From positions 71,302,001-71,366,000 of the forward strand of contig NW_024704743.1 of NCBI RefSeq assembly GCF_018977255.1: a DNA stretch of 64,000 nucleotides, written 5' to 3'. Positions 28,801 to 43,800 of the stretch are shown here, in pieces. Below the pieces are notes generated by a model. That model was not told the DNA's origin. It saw only the letters and a program-made list of their open reading frames with translations, and did not search any database. The DNA is from Callorhinchus milii. Lineage: Eukaryota. Positions within the stretch are counted from its first letter, which is position 1; each line of letters begins with the position of its first letter. The position numbers were made by a program, and so were the translations under genes.

Positions 28801-31800
28801 GGTTTTCATCCCAGATTCCTCTCTGAGTTTTATCAAGACTCATTCAATGTTTCTTGCTCTCACTTATTCTCTATCAGGACCTAAAAATTGTAGAATATCC
28901 TTACTTTCCTTAGTCTTTCAGAGGTAAGGGGCACAATCATACAGGCATTTGAACGAAGATCTGAAGCCAATCCACAGGAGAATAGGGAAATAGTTGGGCC
29001 TGCCAAAGAGCCTGATCATGAAACCTGTTGTGCAAAAGCATATTGGTTACAAATGATCTGAATCTTATGGAGAATTGAGCTGGAAAGGCCAGTAAGGAGA
29101 GCATCAGAGAAATCAAGATCAAGTCTAGAGGTGTTTGAGGGTTTTGACTGTGTTGGAATGAACTAGCGATAGAGTTGGGCAATATTACGGAGGTGGAGAA
29201 AAGCGGACTTGGTCAGGGACCAGATGAAATGCTTAAAGGAGAGATAAGGGTTGAACAAAACACCAAGATTGCATATTCCCTCTCCGAGCTGGAGTTCTTG
29301 ATTTTTGTTTTGTATTCTTTGAACCTTGGTGGTACATTATCACAGAAACAGACATTTTCAACACAGAAAGAGATCTTTTGGCCTGCGATGATTTTGCTAC
29401 TGCTACCTCTTTTTTTTCTAAATCATCCTTTTTCTTAATCACTTTTTCTGTATAGGCCTTAATGGTTCTACATGTCTAGTGATTATTCATTTCCATCTTC
29501 ATTTATTCTATTGATGCAGCTGAAATGGTCACTTGTGCTGAATGAATTCCACCCTAAAGCTCGCTCTAATTTCTCCCTTTTTTCTGCTAACAATTCCGAG
29601 ACTTTATGTTCTTGGCACCGAATCCTCATCTATAACAAATTACTTGTCCCTATTTATCACAAGATCACAACATTGGTTTGAATGAAGAAGCCTCTTTAGC
29701 CCATCTGATCTCATCGCTCCAGTACACCACTCTACCATCCTCCCATCAGAACATTGAGTTTTTTTAAAATGAGTCCAGTGTCCTGGCTTCAACTACCTTT
29801 CCTGGCATACTATTCCAGTTGATATTTCCCCTCTGGGTAAAGGAAAACTTACTGGTATCTCTCCTGAAACTGCTTATTACAACTCTAAACTATGTCCCCC
29901 TCTACCATCTTGGTGCATTCTAAAATATTATTTCAAGACCTACGTCTTTGATCGCACGTTTGGTCATCTTTCCCTTTCTCAACCTTAGCTCAGGTGCCAA
30001 GACAGGATTGCGCCTTGAGATGTCCTCCTGACATGAAACGCGCTATACAAATGTAATTTTGTTGTTATTATTGTTGTCAAGTGCCTTGGGACATCCTGCT
30101 GATGTGAAATGTGCTATTGTTCTGGGTTTACCTTTTCAATGCCACTGAAGATTTTGTACACCTCTAATAAAGTCCCCTCTAAATTGTCTTCTCTCAAGAC
30201 TGAAGAGTCCTACCTTGTCCAAATATTACTCATAGTTCATTGCTCTAATAATGGGTAGTATCCTTGTTGCTTTCCTCTGTACTGTCTCTATTGGGTCTGA
30301 GCAGCCTTTTTATGTTGGGGTGACCAGAACTGTAGGCTGTGGTTTAGTTGCAGCCTGACAAGACAACCTGAGTATGATATCTGGGGATTTAAACTGAACT
30401 AGTTTAACAATATATAGACCAGCATCCGGTTTACCTTATTTATTTCTGCCTCACACTGGTTTGACATAGTGAGCGACCAGTCAGCTAACACCCCTAGATC
30501 TATCTTGTTGTACCTCTTTCAGAATCATGAACATCTCTATCATACCTCCCTCTCCTTAGGTGGAAAAAGGCCCAAACTCCAAGACTCTCTTTATACATTT
30601 ATTATCTCATACCCCATATTTGTGGCAAGAGATAAAGTTTAATGGGGTGCTTATAAATAGGAATCTGATAGAGTTGTATGAGACAGAAAGAGAAGGTATG
30701 TGGAGAGATAAAAGGGAAAGATGTGGCTACCATCTCAGGACACATCCTTGCTAGTCTTAGGAAACTTTATTAAATTACATGAATTGGGGGAATTTAAGTC
30801 TACAGCCCACATATAACTATAAAGGACACACTGTTTTCAAAGTATATTTCATTGCTGCATAATGACTAATATCAGTATAATGATAATGATAATAATAATA
30901 GTATTCATGGCTTTTGTGAAAATTAGGTATCTGGGAAGATAATGTGGGTCCGACAACTATTCAGAAAAATAGACGTTCCCATGAAGTTTCTGAAAAACAA
31001 TGCTGATATTTTAAAGGTACGTTTACATTTTGTAATACTACCAGATTATTATAAAATTGTAGAAGCTTGGTATAGGTTAGAAATATGCAAATGGGACAGT
31101 ATTATAATTTGATATAATGTCTGTAATGTTGAAAATTTCAAAGTGCTTACCAGGTAATTGCTATAAAGTGAAACAACTGCCTTTGTACGTAAACAAGGCA
31201 GCTGTATTTTTTCCTGTAATGTCTCACAAACAGCCGTGAAGAGTCAATAACCAGTTTATCTGGGGCATCATTAGCCAGAAGAAACTCTTTGAATAGTGTA
31301 ATGGGGTCTTTAACGAACATCTGAACAGGCTGACACACCTTTTGTTTAGTGTCTCATCCAAAAAAAGCATCTCTAATAATGCAGTCCTCATAGAATTATA
31401 TAGAAGGAGGTCATTCGGCCCATCATGTCTGTGCCGGCTCTTTTAAAAGAGCTATTCCAAATCAATCCCATTCCCCCGCTCTCTCCCCATAGCCCTGCAA
31501 ACATGTCCTCCCCTACTTCTCTTTTAAAAGTTGTTATCGAATCGGCTTCCACCACCCTTTCAGGCAATGCATTCCAGATCCCAACAACTCCCACCACTGC
31601 ACTGGAATATCAGCCTCGACTATGAGCTTAAAGTCCCAACATGGGGCTTGAACCACAACCTGGAGGCTAGAGTACTATAGAAGCAAGCTATCTGTACAAT
31701 TTGAATGCAGATATGTTTTGTTTTACTTTTCCTGTGACTAGACCCCTGAAATGAAAAAAGTTATTAGAAACTACAACAAGATGGCGGCTGTCCTTCTGGA

Positions 31801-34800
31801 GTTTGAAATGCTGTATCACAGAGGATGGGCCCGAGCTGTGGACTTGGCACGATGTGGCCTTCATGCCTCACTGCTTGTCCGGCATCCTGAGAGTAAGGTA
31901 AATAAATATTTATAATGATTTGGTTGACAGCTTTTGGAATGAAACCATCAATCGTGTTTTACTATTTTTAACAATAGCGTGTAAACTGCACAATTGAAAT
32001 CCAAAGTGCCTTGATACAAATACGGTGAAATGCACATGTTAATAACTAACTACACCTGGTTTCTCTATATATGTCTATCAGTAAATAATGTATGAACATG
32101 GTATTATTATCAATGTGTTTTACAACAGAGCACAGTGACTTATATTTTGATTCAAAATAACTTGGATTCTAAGCAAAAACTGGCTACGATTGCAGTGCAT
32201 TGGATGAATTATAATTATGCCACAGCAAATTGCAATAATAAGATTTGGGGTGTGTGCTCGTGTTCCTTGAGTGTGGTTGTTCAGCATTTTGATAAGGCTT
32301 TAGCCATATATTGTATCTTCCTTCTGTTTTTCTCTTTACATTCTGGCTGTTCCTCTTGTGCGTTTAACTTTTAGCACGTCAGTGGAAGGTATGGAGTGGA
32401 TGCCCTGGATTATTTTTGAAGTAAAAGCTTTCAAAATGATATATTGCTATTCAGATACCAAAATCAAAATTCATCAGGTGCAGCATAGCTTTTTTTGTAC
32501 AAAATGGCAACTTTGCAGTCCAATATTAATGTGCCAAATAATCTGAAACACCTGAGAATTACAAGCTAATACAGTTTTGGAAACATGCTGGAATCAAATC
32601 ACCCTACGCTGTAATCAAACTCCTCGAAAACAGTTTTCTACAAATGAATGATGCATAAATATATTTTGATCTCTTGATTAATACAATCTATTGTTCTTAT
32701 CACTATTCAGAAGGCTGAACACTATGACTCATACATGAGTCTATTCCTTCAGGAGGATAGAAAATGGGAGGGAGGGGATTGAAACAAGTCATGGATTGAT
32801 TAAGCAGTATTTTTTGTCAAATCTACTATTATTTGAGTGATACAATGCATTATTGCTCTGTTCAAGTTTTACTTACATAAAGTCTTCAGAGATGTATTGC
32901 TTTTTTATTATTCCAAATGTAGGAACTTTTCGTGAACTTTGATCCAGCTGTGTTTGAGGTACTTTTAGAAGCCAAGTACTTATACAGAATGGGGCTCGAA
33001 GTACCAGAAGTGGCTTTCAACATCTGCTTAAAAGAGGATGAAATTAAGCATCATCATTTGAGGTCAGTACTGCTTTTAAGTTCCAGCTTCAAAGCTTTCT
33101 CTGAAAGAATGAAAGTAGAACGATATCTAAGAGTTGAAAACATCCTGTGAGATGGGTTTTGCTGATATATTTTAAGACAAGGTTAGCTATTTTGTTGAAC
33201 TGCGAATGATGTAAGCTAACTTTTCTTCCACTATTTCAAACCATGAAACACCAACTTTAAGACACTTTAAGAAGTGAATTTAAGCAGTTTAAGCATGTGA
33301 ATTGCTTTGGAGATTAGTTTTGTCAGGGTGACAATGTTACAAATACTATTACTATTAACCATTTAAGACAAAGATGTCTCAGTATAAAACGTGCAAGAGC
33401 TTTATCATCACCCTCCTTCTCCAGTCTCAACAAACAAAGTTAGACTAATGTCAACTTACTAGGGAGGCTGGAATAGCTTTTACTGAGTATTTCTCAATAC
33501 CTGAGCAAGAGTAGAATGGAGGATTTTATTGAGGTTGGTAAGGAGATCCAATATTGGTTAGGAGAGAAGGCAGACTGAGAGTCCTGGAGAATGTAGAAGA
33601 ATTGATTTTAAGGCCACATGGAGTAGCCAGGGGTGAGATTAACACAGGGTAAAAGGGTAATGGAAGACACAAAGCATGTCAGAGCCACAGTAAAGTGTAT
33701 TAGAGGTAGGAAATGAGAGTTTGGGATTGAAGGTCAGAGGCATATCAAATGAACAACCAGTGACTATTGGGTTTGGATTAAACCTCAGCAGTAGCACAAC
33801 ATACACTCTGGGGTCCCCGAGCCTTGATGCTTGCCATCTTGCACCTGATACACTTTAGAGTTGGGTACAGGATATATTCCTCCAGGGACATTGGGAAATT
33901 TCCATTGGTAGGGGTCATCCATATATGGAACGCTGTCTGATTTGAATATTCTTAAACACTGATGTGTTACAGAATGCGTCAGAAACCCTTCTGACCGAAC
34001 AAAAATATATTTTTGTTTGTGGTCAATTGACATCTGACAAGCACAGGTATGAGTCCTCACTAACTAGAAAGCAGAATACCAGCATCTCTGCAAGATTCCA
34101 AATGAGCAGCAGATCTCACCATAAAATGTGTGAGAGCATTGCCATCATCCTCCTTCTCCAACTTGAACACACATTGCTACCCACTGATTGATGGTTGTAC
34201 CAGGAGGTGCAGAGCCTGAGCAGTTGCTGCTTGCCTCTCTGGATAACAATCAACAATCAAGATATCAAGCCCTGGATATGAGTGTGTATTCACAAGCCAT
34301 ATACTCAACAATAGGGGAGATGGCCCTTGTATCTTCCAGTCAACACCTTCAAGGTCCCTTCTTGAGCCGTGCAGAGCAATAACACCGATGACTATAAAAT
34401 ACGCAGTTTATAGTAAATCCTGTGAAGTGTTCCTGATGTCCTCACAGCGTGTAGGCTATGTCAAATACAAGGGTTATCATCATTATTATTATACCACAGT
34501 TGGGGACATGCACCATGAAGTCCCACTGAGTGTTTATTGTTGATGATGGTGAGTGCAGCGTGAACAGCACAGGCAAGCTTCACACTTGGGCAGCAAAGTG
34601 GGAGGTGACGTCAGACGTTCCTCATTGACCTGGATGTCGGACATTTTGGTCTAGATGACGTAAAGTGTGCAGTGAACAGTGTTATAACCTACAGTGCAGC
34701 TGAGTTGTAACCAAAGTTGTGCTATGTACAAGAGCATTAGAACAGGACTGCACTGGAATAATATGGAGATACATGGAATGGGAAATCTGAGGTCGAATTT

Positions 34801-37800
34801 TTTTGGTTGGTCAGTTGTGCAACACGCACAAACTCCTTCACCTTGTTTAAAAGTATACAGAACAAGCTAGTGAGAGTTCTATGTATAGATGGAAATATCC
34901 TCTATCTGGAATTGAGTAAGCACCTTGCTCATCTAATCTCGTAATTTGTTAGGCAAAGGTTGGCAAGAGCCAAGGTTTGGGGATTTCAGAGTGGGCCCTG
35001 GAGTATAGTTGGAGTTTAACCAGCTAAAACAGTGCAGTTTGTAATTGTAAAAACTGGTTCATGTTCCACATGTGCAATGAAGTAAATAGTAATGTCAAAG
35101 GTGAGCTAATGGTCTGGAACATGGGCATTTCGGTGTGAACAACCACATTATAACGAAATAAGTGCTTTGAGACGTCTTGAAGATGTGATAAGGCGCTATA
35201 TCAAATGCAAGGATTATTATTATGAAGAAGAGCATCGTAATAGGGTTGCACTGGAATAATATGGATATTATTGTGTTTTATTGTTTTCCAATGATTCAAT
35301 CCTATGATTCAAATGCTACCTTTTGTTGGAACCTTGAATTTATAGACCTAGGTTGTCTGTAAGCTTACAAGGGAGCATGTAAACCATTGTCAAGGTTGAC
35401 TGTTTATCCTCGCTATGCACAATGAAGGCCACACAGAAATCTGATTTGCCAGAATGGGGATTTAGTGCCAGTGGATTTGAAAACAAAAGTGATGTGATAG
35501 ACTTTCAGAGATTGTTTAATATCAATGTTTCGAATTATCCTTCATTATATGGACCTTATCATGGTACAAAGCATTAAAATCAAAAGTGTGAGTGCCTTCA
35601 TACCTCTCTTATCCAACTGAAAGACTTGATACTGTTAACATTCCAGATATTTGGTCCTGTAGCTCAGTGGTTAGAGCATTCACCTCACAAGCAAGAGACC
35701 TGGGTTCTATTCCCGGCAGGGCAAAATGTTGGCCAAGTTTCCTTATTCTATGCACCTCTCCGATTCGATTGGCGGATCGCTTTTCCGGGGATAATTATCT
35801 TTAAAAAAATAATAATTTGGTCACTCAATCCACAACTGTTTATGGGATACTGCTGTGCACAATTGTCTGCAGCCCACAAATGCAGTCAATTCACTTTACA
35901 GTATATTCTGTGAAGCGCTTTGAGACGTCTAGAAGACGTAAAAAGTGCTATATCAAATGCAAGGATTATTATTATTGTGTACTGTGATTCATTTACATAT
36001 CTCAATTTGCATTCATTGCGATACTGATTCCTAACCAGATACTTCTTGATGGTTGCACAGCGGCGACACTTCTTTTGTTGGGTATTTGTTAACCTTCATG
36101 AGTCTAAAAGCTTTGTTAGATTAAATCAATCTTCTACGATTAAACATAGTTTGTTTATATCAACAACGTCAATATTTCTCAGCATTTTAACAACCTGACT
36201 ATTTCCTGCAATGAATGTAAGTTAAGCTCTCCTTATGACTCAAAGACAAGAAATGGTTATTGTCATGGCGACATGGCCAGCAGGCAAAACAATTAGTGAA
36301 AATGAACATCAATTTTATTTTTAGAACAACTAACACATTTTATTCTTGCTGTATTTTTTTGAACTCGTGTGTTAAATATTTTCTTCGGAACTCAAAGGAT
36401 TAACTGAACTGCTTTAATCTGTCTAATTTTAGTAAATGTATTGTTAACTCCCTCTTACTCCTATAGCATGATCTTTACCATTAAGTGCTTGGTGAATATA
36501 TTCAGGAATACAAAGCTTTGTGTGCTAATTACCTGTGATTATGATTAATAAGTCATTGAGAGTATGGGCATCAAAAGGATATCAGCAAGTAGTCTGGAAA
36601 TGAATCATAGAATCATAGAATTATACAGCACAGAAGGAGGCCATTCGGCCCACGTGTTTGTGCCGGATCTGAATATAAAGCATCAATTATCTTTGGCTAC
36701 GAGCAAGCACAGTTCCTGTCAGTGAATACTCAGCCTTTAGGGTTCAAATTAGGATTGCAAGGATACCCCGTTCTGACCACCACATAATTATTCGTGAGGA
36801 GTGGAGACATTGATTCCAGGTTTGCTTGTCTCTTGGCCTCTGGCTCGATTGAGGCTGTTTAACCCTATCTGAGGATTTTGATACAAACCCATGATTTATT
36901 AATGGGGTGAGAAGAATCCGATATAATGTCTACCTTGACTCTTGGTCTCTAGACTCAGTTCAGGTTTTCCTGATCAGAGATGTTGAACCGGACGATTGAT
37001 TTCCTATGAGGTTGTGTACTGTGTCAATTTGTTGTTGCTCTTTTATTGGGACCACGCTATCCTTAGCTGTTCTTGGATTTGGTCACTTGGGCCCCTGGGG
37101 GCAACTCGTGTTCCCTGATGGTGGAACAGGATTGGGTTAATTCGGGCGAGGGCTGAGTGACTCTCTCACAAAAAAAAACTGACCCTGATTCAGATAAAGA
37201 TGGATTAAGCCAAATCAGATTACCATTTTTGTTCAGGGAGAGGTGCTAGTGATGCTGTGCGAGGAGCCTGTGCCTTGTCTGATGTGCCTGTCTCCTCTAG
37301 TGCAATGGACATAAGATCATCTGTGGAACACAACATGGAATAATTTACTGCCAAGGAACAAAGATTACTTTGTAGCCAGTGAGCAGTCGCATCATAAATG
37401 CTTATTGTAGGACGATATTGGTTCCCAGTTGTTTACATTGCAACATATCTTTCTTGTACACATACATTAATTAACTGCCGTCTTTCATATTCTTAGACTA
37501 TTTCATACCTCTGAGGTTTTTTCTTTGTTTTCTAGAAATTTACCCTATCTCTTGATTTTAAAAAAAACTCTTCCCATGTCTCTTGTATTTATTGTCATCT
37601 TGCTGCCCTATAATGGCACTTTCTGTCCAGTATTTAGTTCTGCTGAAGGTTTTGTCCTAAAATGTTAGGAGAGTTATTCCAGAATTATGACCATGGAACC
37701 TTATAATATAATAATAATCCTTGCATTTGATATAACGCTTTTCACGTCGGGAGGACGTCCCAAAGCGCTTCACAGAACACACTGTAAAGTGAATTGACTG

Positions 37801-40800
37801 TATATTTGGGGGCGAACGCGGCAGCCAATTGCGCACAGCAATGTCCCACAAACAGTCGTGGATTGAAAATGACCAATTTATTATTATTTTTGGTTTTTTG
37901 GAGGGATTATTATTAGGCGTGTGGAGTAAGGAAACTTGCCCAAGGTTTCGCCCTGCCTGGAATTGAACTCGGGTCTCTCGCTTGCTACAGGACTCCACAA
38001 CCTTGAGTATTAAGATGGTATAATAATAAAATAATAATAATAATCATCATTATTATGGGGAAAGAGCAGGCAAATGGGACTAAAAGGAATGTTCTAAGAA
38101 GAGTTGTTACAAACATAATGGATTAAATGCCCTTCTTCTGTCCTGTAAATTTCTATGGTTTTAGTATTGTATGATGATAATCTCATTTATGCAAAAATAA
38201 AGTTTAAAATCTATTCTCTGTTTTAACCTTTATGGTAATTTGTGCTATTATTAGAAAAATGTTAATTATAAAAATCACATTGATTGTAAAAGTGCTTATA
38301 AATTTCCTATGTGCAACAGATGTTATGCCATCAATCCATCTCCTCATGTTCAACAACAACAAATTGCATAGCGTCTTTTACATCAGGAGGGTGTCCAAGA
38401 CGTTGCACAAGTGAGGATTGGCACTTGAGTGGGGGTTGGATTTGGGAGGGGTGGTGGCCTCCGTTTGGCCCATCGTGCCTGTGCCAGCTCTTTGAAAGAG
38501 CTATCCAACTAGTTCCACTCTCCCGCTCTTAGCCCATAGCCCTGCACATGTATAGAATCGTAGAATGATTCTGTAAATCAAAGATGACTGCAGGAGCAGT
38601 CATAGAGGAAGGCCTTGATAGGCTCACAGAGCCTGGTTCAGTCTTTTAAAGGGGTCTTGTAAAATACACAGTCACTACACTTGTGACAGTGAATCTTATG
38701 AAGTGCTTTGAGACTCCTCCCTCTGAACATGAAAGGCATTATATTAAATGTAATGAACAGGTTAATCAGGGAAATATGTTTAGGCTGGGATGCTGGACTA
38801 ATTATAAAACAGCTCAAGGCTGTGATGGGGTGACTGTAGAGTGAGTATTCTGGATGTATGAGATTGAATAAGTTGAAGGGCCTTCTTCATCTGAACCGAT
38901 CTTGTAATTTTCTGATGTGTGACTGTTGGGTGAGAATGGTATTGAGGTCGGTTTTGACCAGTTATGGTTGATAGCCTGCCAACACTCTGTCAAGGATCAT
39001 ACGTGAATAATGAAGGAAAATCATATGTGCCGACAGATTGGGAGCAATCATATTGTCTAGCTTCTCCATTCATGATAATACTAAGATATTTGCACAAGAA
39101 TACCTCCTTGCAGACTGCCCTCAGCTAGCAGTTCAAAAGCATAAAATGGAAATCAGAGATGGCTGCAAAATGCCATGGGTGTGCAGATATCTTCCTTCAT
39201 TATATTAAGATGATAGTGCAAGGCAGCAGAAAATGCTTTGAATATTATATTATGCTTAATGCTATAATTTTATTAAACCTGGTTAAGTTGCAATGAATGA
39301 ACACAGAATGATCCTTGGAAAATCTCATTCTAAATTAGACCTATGTATCTCTTTCCAGCTTGATGACAAACTATATCACTTTAAAGCACTCAGATACTAC
39401 CCACGTAAAGGGCACTTTATAAATTGCTAGTTGTTGTTGTTGGATAAGTTCACATTTGGTAATTTTACCAATCTTGTTGGGAAAATTGATGTTGTTCTCT
39501 GTCGGTCAATAACATTTACCAAGAGCAGAGAATCACCCTCAAAATGAAGTTTATTCATTGAAGCTCAATCTGCTATTTGCCTATTTTAAAGATCTGTGCC
39601 AAGCTAAAATGGGACGTCCTTCCAACATCAAAGGCGCTTTAGGAATGTAATTTTGTATTGTTTTGTAAAATGGTGGGTTATAAAAAAATTCTCACAAAGC
39701 AGTTCTTTCTGGGGAAAAATAAGATTCAACAACAACCTGTGTTTATATAACGCCCTTCACATTGCTTAGCGTCTTGGAGTTCTTAACAGTGGCGGAGTTT
39801 TACACTGAGCAGTGGGCGAAGAGGTGCCCATAGGCAAGGTCTTCAGGTGTGATCTGAAGATGGGGAAGCAGGAGGCAAGATGGAGGGGTTGAGGGAAAGA
39901 TTGACATAGTTTTGGGTACAGTAAAATAACCTTATAAGAAAGTAAAATTCTAATGGTTGAACATATTCTGTATAATTATGTTAGTTTGCTAATATGCCCT
40001 TTAACTCTTGACATTTTTTTATTAACCAGCTGTGTGTTTTCTTTATTTCTCTGCAGCATCCAGGAGTTATTAAACGATTATCAAAATGTGGTGAACAACA
40101 TTCCATCAATTACTAAGCCAATGATGAAGTATTTTATTGGTCAAGTAGATGAAGCTCTCCTTCCTGGACTGACCATGTTGTCTTGGACCTCCTTAAACAT
40201 TGACAGATGTATGAATGGGTGTCTTTTTAAATGAAACCTTAAAATCAAATGAGAGAGTTTAAATGTAATGAAATTTGTCTTTATAATAATCCTTGCATTT
40301 GATATACCACCTTATCACGTCATCATGGCATCTCAAAGAGCTTCACACAATGTATTGTAAAGTGATGTGGGAGAACATGCAGCCAATTTGTGCACAGCAA
40401 TGTTCCACAGCCATGGAATGAGCAAACAATTTTATTCATTCGACATTCAGGACATCTGACAATACAGCATGCCCTGTGCACTGCATTGGAGTGTCAGCAT
40501 GAACTATATCAATTCCAAGTCCCATCGTGGAGCTTAAAAGCGCAACTTTCTGACTCCGAGCTGAGATTGGTACCAACCAACTAGGTTGACACACCGTTAC
40601 GTATTTAAGATGGTTGTTTTTACTCCCATCCCCCAATTTTCTGGTTCAGCACATAAATGTGCAACATACACCATTCCTCATCTGGAATAAGTGACCTCTC
40701 CCGTATCACCAAATGTATTTTAAACTATCACAATTGGGCTAAGAATATCATCGGCTGCAAGTTGAATTTTTCAACAAATTCTTCCTTGAACCAAAACTGT

Positions 40801-43800
40801 GCTTTTCATTATTGTACTTTTTACCTGTTATTAACCAATACAAATTTCTATTGCAAATTTTTCTTCAGTTTTATACTTTTAAATACTATGTGAAACACAT
40901 ATATTAAACATTTTAAATAATTATTATTAGATAGTTCATTTTTAGATACCAAAACCATTGTGCAATCAAGTCAAGAAATATGGCAAAATGACTTGCTTTG
41001 TTTAAATGAGAATTAAAATTACATTATAAAAAAGTGCTAAATAAATGCAGTATATAGTGGATACATGTTGGGCTGCTAGTTTATAAAGGAGAAATAAATC
41101 AGAATAGCCCTGGTTGCATTCCTGAACTGGAAAATGATATAACGTGGACATAAGTCATCTGCTTTCCGACCAGATGTATATTGGGGAATCATATAGTCTG
41201 TGTTGGTCTCTCCTACAGTAGTTCAAAATCTCTTTTTTCATGGGCTAGATCTTGCTACTTGTTCAAGTACAGCAGAACCAGCCAAATGATCAACTGAAGA
41301 CTAACCATAGATCTGTGGCTGGAATAGTTCTTGTGCAAGCCCAACCAACTGGTACAACAGTATTTTTTGTAATAGGTCTATCTATACATTTTATTTTTTT
41401 CTGTTGCCCAGGTGAGAATTCTTAGTGCTCTGAGATACTACCCCGTGTGAAGGCTGCTATAGAAATGCAAGATGTTGTTAATTCCATCCCATAAGGAAAG
41501 TGGTGTTTCAGAAACCAAGTTGGTCATTCAATTCAAGGCTGTTTGTGGGACATTGCTAGGGACAAGTTTGCTGTCAAGAGTTGCCTACAAATACAGCCAA
41601 GCTTGCGAAGAGCTTTGACATTTTAATGATGTGATACAGTATTACATTAATTGTAAGGATTATTATAAGTATTATTGTTTTTAATTTTAGTCATAAAGTG
41701 TGTGTACAGCTCACTGACTGAGCTAGAACATCTGGTGAAGCAAGTGTCTGACACTCTGGAGTGCAGAATCGAACGTGTTCTGCATGAAATGTCACTTACT
41801 GCCCTGGTTGACCTACCTGAAGAAGACCTCATGGAAGTGCCAACTTTCCTACAGATGACCGAGAATATTGTCACTTCAGCCGGGCAAGCTTTGTCAAAGT
41901 AAGGTTCAGTAAATAGGCATTGCATGACTGGCGATGGATGAAATTTAAATTTCTAGAAATTTATATTTGTTCTGCTTTTATTTTTCTTGTTTTTACTGTT
42001 GTACAAGTGACTCGAAAGTTTTGGGTGCTATGATGTTTTATAATGTGTTGCTTCCAAATAAGTACAATAAATTGCAATCTGAATGAACTATTGGATTAAA
42101 ACTAAAATAGAGTATGTGGTAATGTTCATTGTTTGGATAGTGCATATGTTTAATAAAAATAAAATTGCTTTCTTGCTTAAATAAAAACACAAAGCAACTA
42201 ACTCTCTCCATCCAGACACAGCCGGCAGATTGAGTGTACCATGTATGAATTAATGGATGGGTTGAAACAAAAGCTGAAACCAGCAGACAGTAGCCATCTT
42301 CAGGTAATTCATATTCATTGATTCTAAGGTGTACTTTTTAGATAATTGCTCTGCCTTTTCACAATTGTATTTTTCCCCCAAACCACAATTTCAATACCCA
42401 CAAAATCCAGAAGCACATACTGTAATAATCTTGTTCTTGAAAAAGAATAATAATTTTATTGTTTTCTTCTGGAAATATTAAACATTTGTAGGTTGTTGTA
42501 TTGACTGGAGTAGAAGTGAATTTTTCTATAAGAGAAATTCCAGACAGATTTTAACAATTTGCATTCCTCAGTGAAATTGGAGTAACGTTATGCTTTATTT
42601 TTGAGATTGATTCTTAGTATGATTCTTACTGAATATTATTCTTATTGAACTTTTGATGTGCAGTTGAAAGAAGACAGCTTTTATAAATCCAGTTACTTAT
42701 CCAGTTACTTATCAGTTACTTATTTATGCATTGACTTATGTACAGGATTCCTATGCATGCTTACATCCTGATGCAAAACAAAATAATCGTTGTCAGGAAT
42801 GCTTACCTTGCTGCTTCTATAACCTGATGGGACAACTTTGTCAAAAGAATACTGATGCCTTTGTGAAATGTAAGTACATTACTCATTCACCATCTGAAAG
42901 CTTGTTTTTTTAAAAAAAATCTTTCATATGTCAGTTGTCATACCACTGTTCTTAGTGTACATTTTGCTTAGATACAAGTGATCTAACCATCTATATGGTT
43001 TCCATCTCTCAATCACTGGAATGCCTTGACATTTTGTGAAAATGTGTTTAGGTACGAAGTTATCATTGGATGCAATCAAGCGGAGCTTACATTTCACCAG
43101 CTCCAAATACAAAGCTGCAAATAGTAGTGGTTTGGGGACACCAAAAGCCCCGTTCTTTAAAGCTGGAATCTTCCTTGCTATTCCTCATGTCATCATGCGA
43201 CCCAGCATAGAGGAAATTCAGGTAACTACTGAATAATGAAAAGGCAAGGTGTAAATTTTTAGCAATACTTAAAGAGAATATGTATGTAGCCTGCTATCGT
43301 TTCCAGACTAATTGGGAGGTGCAGTACTATACATGAGCATGAGATGTAAGGGTAGCTGAAATCAATAGCGTAAACATGGAATCTATTTAAGCAATCAGGT
43401 AAAATTTCATACTGCTTTCCTCACTTGTTTAAGGAATATTTTAAAGAATACCTGCAGGTGGCGCCCCTCTCAGGGACCCATTTTGTGTGACCCTGAGACA
43501 GGCTCTTTTATTTTAAGCCCTACATCAGTGTGTAGGTTCTATTTTAAGCATGATATTGCTTTCCCAAGTTTGTTCTGCATAAATGGGCTAAAATTCACTT
43601 TCTCGTAGCACTAAAGATGATCTTTTAGCGGTTGGGCAGCTATGTTTCCAGATTAGTCAGGAAACGTTTTTGTTATGCACAGTTGCAAAACAATATCCTA
43701 CTGTCAATGTACACTTCAAATAAGTAGAAAGTCAATGTAAAATATGTCTTTTTTTAAATATTTTATTCTAGTCTGTTCTAAATAAAGTAGTGAACATGAT

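Noticed and set aside
33200..37400. Nested gene in the 7-kb intron 18
   Set aside because: Only short unrelated ORFs, SINE tails and unclassifiable decayed sequence; no consistent exon chain on either strand.
11422..37998. Recurrent small ORFs MESCSS../..KCKDYYY as a peptide gene family
   Set aside because: They are chance translations of the same SINE in several copies.
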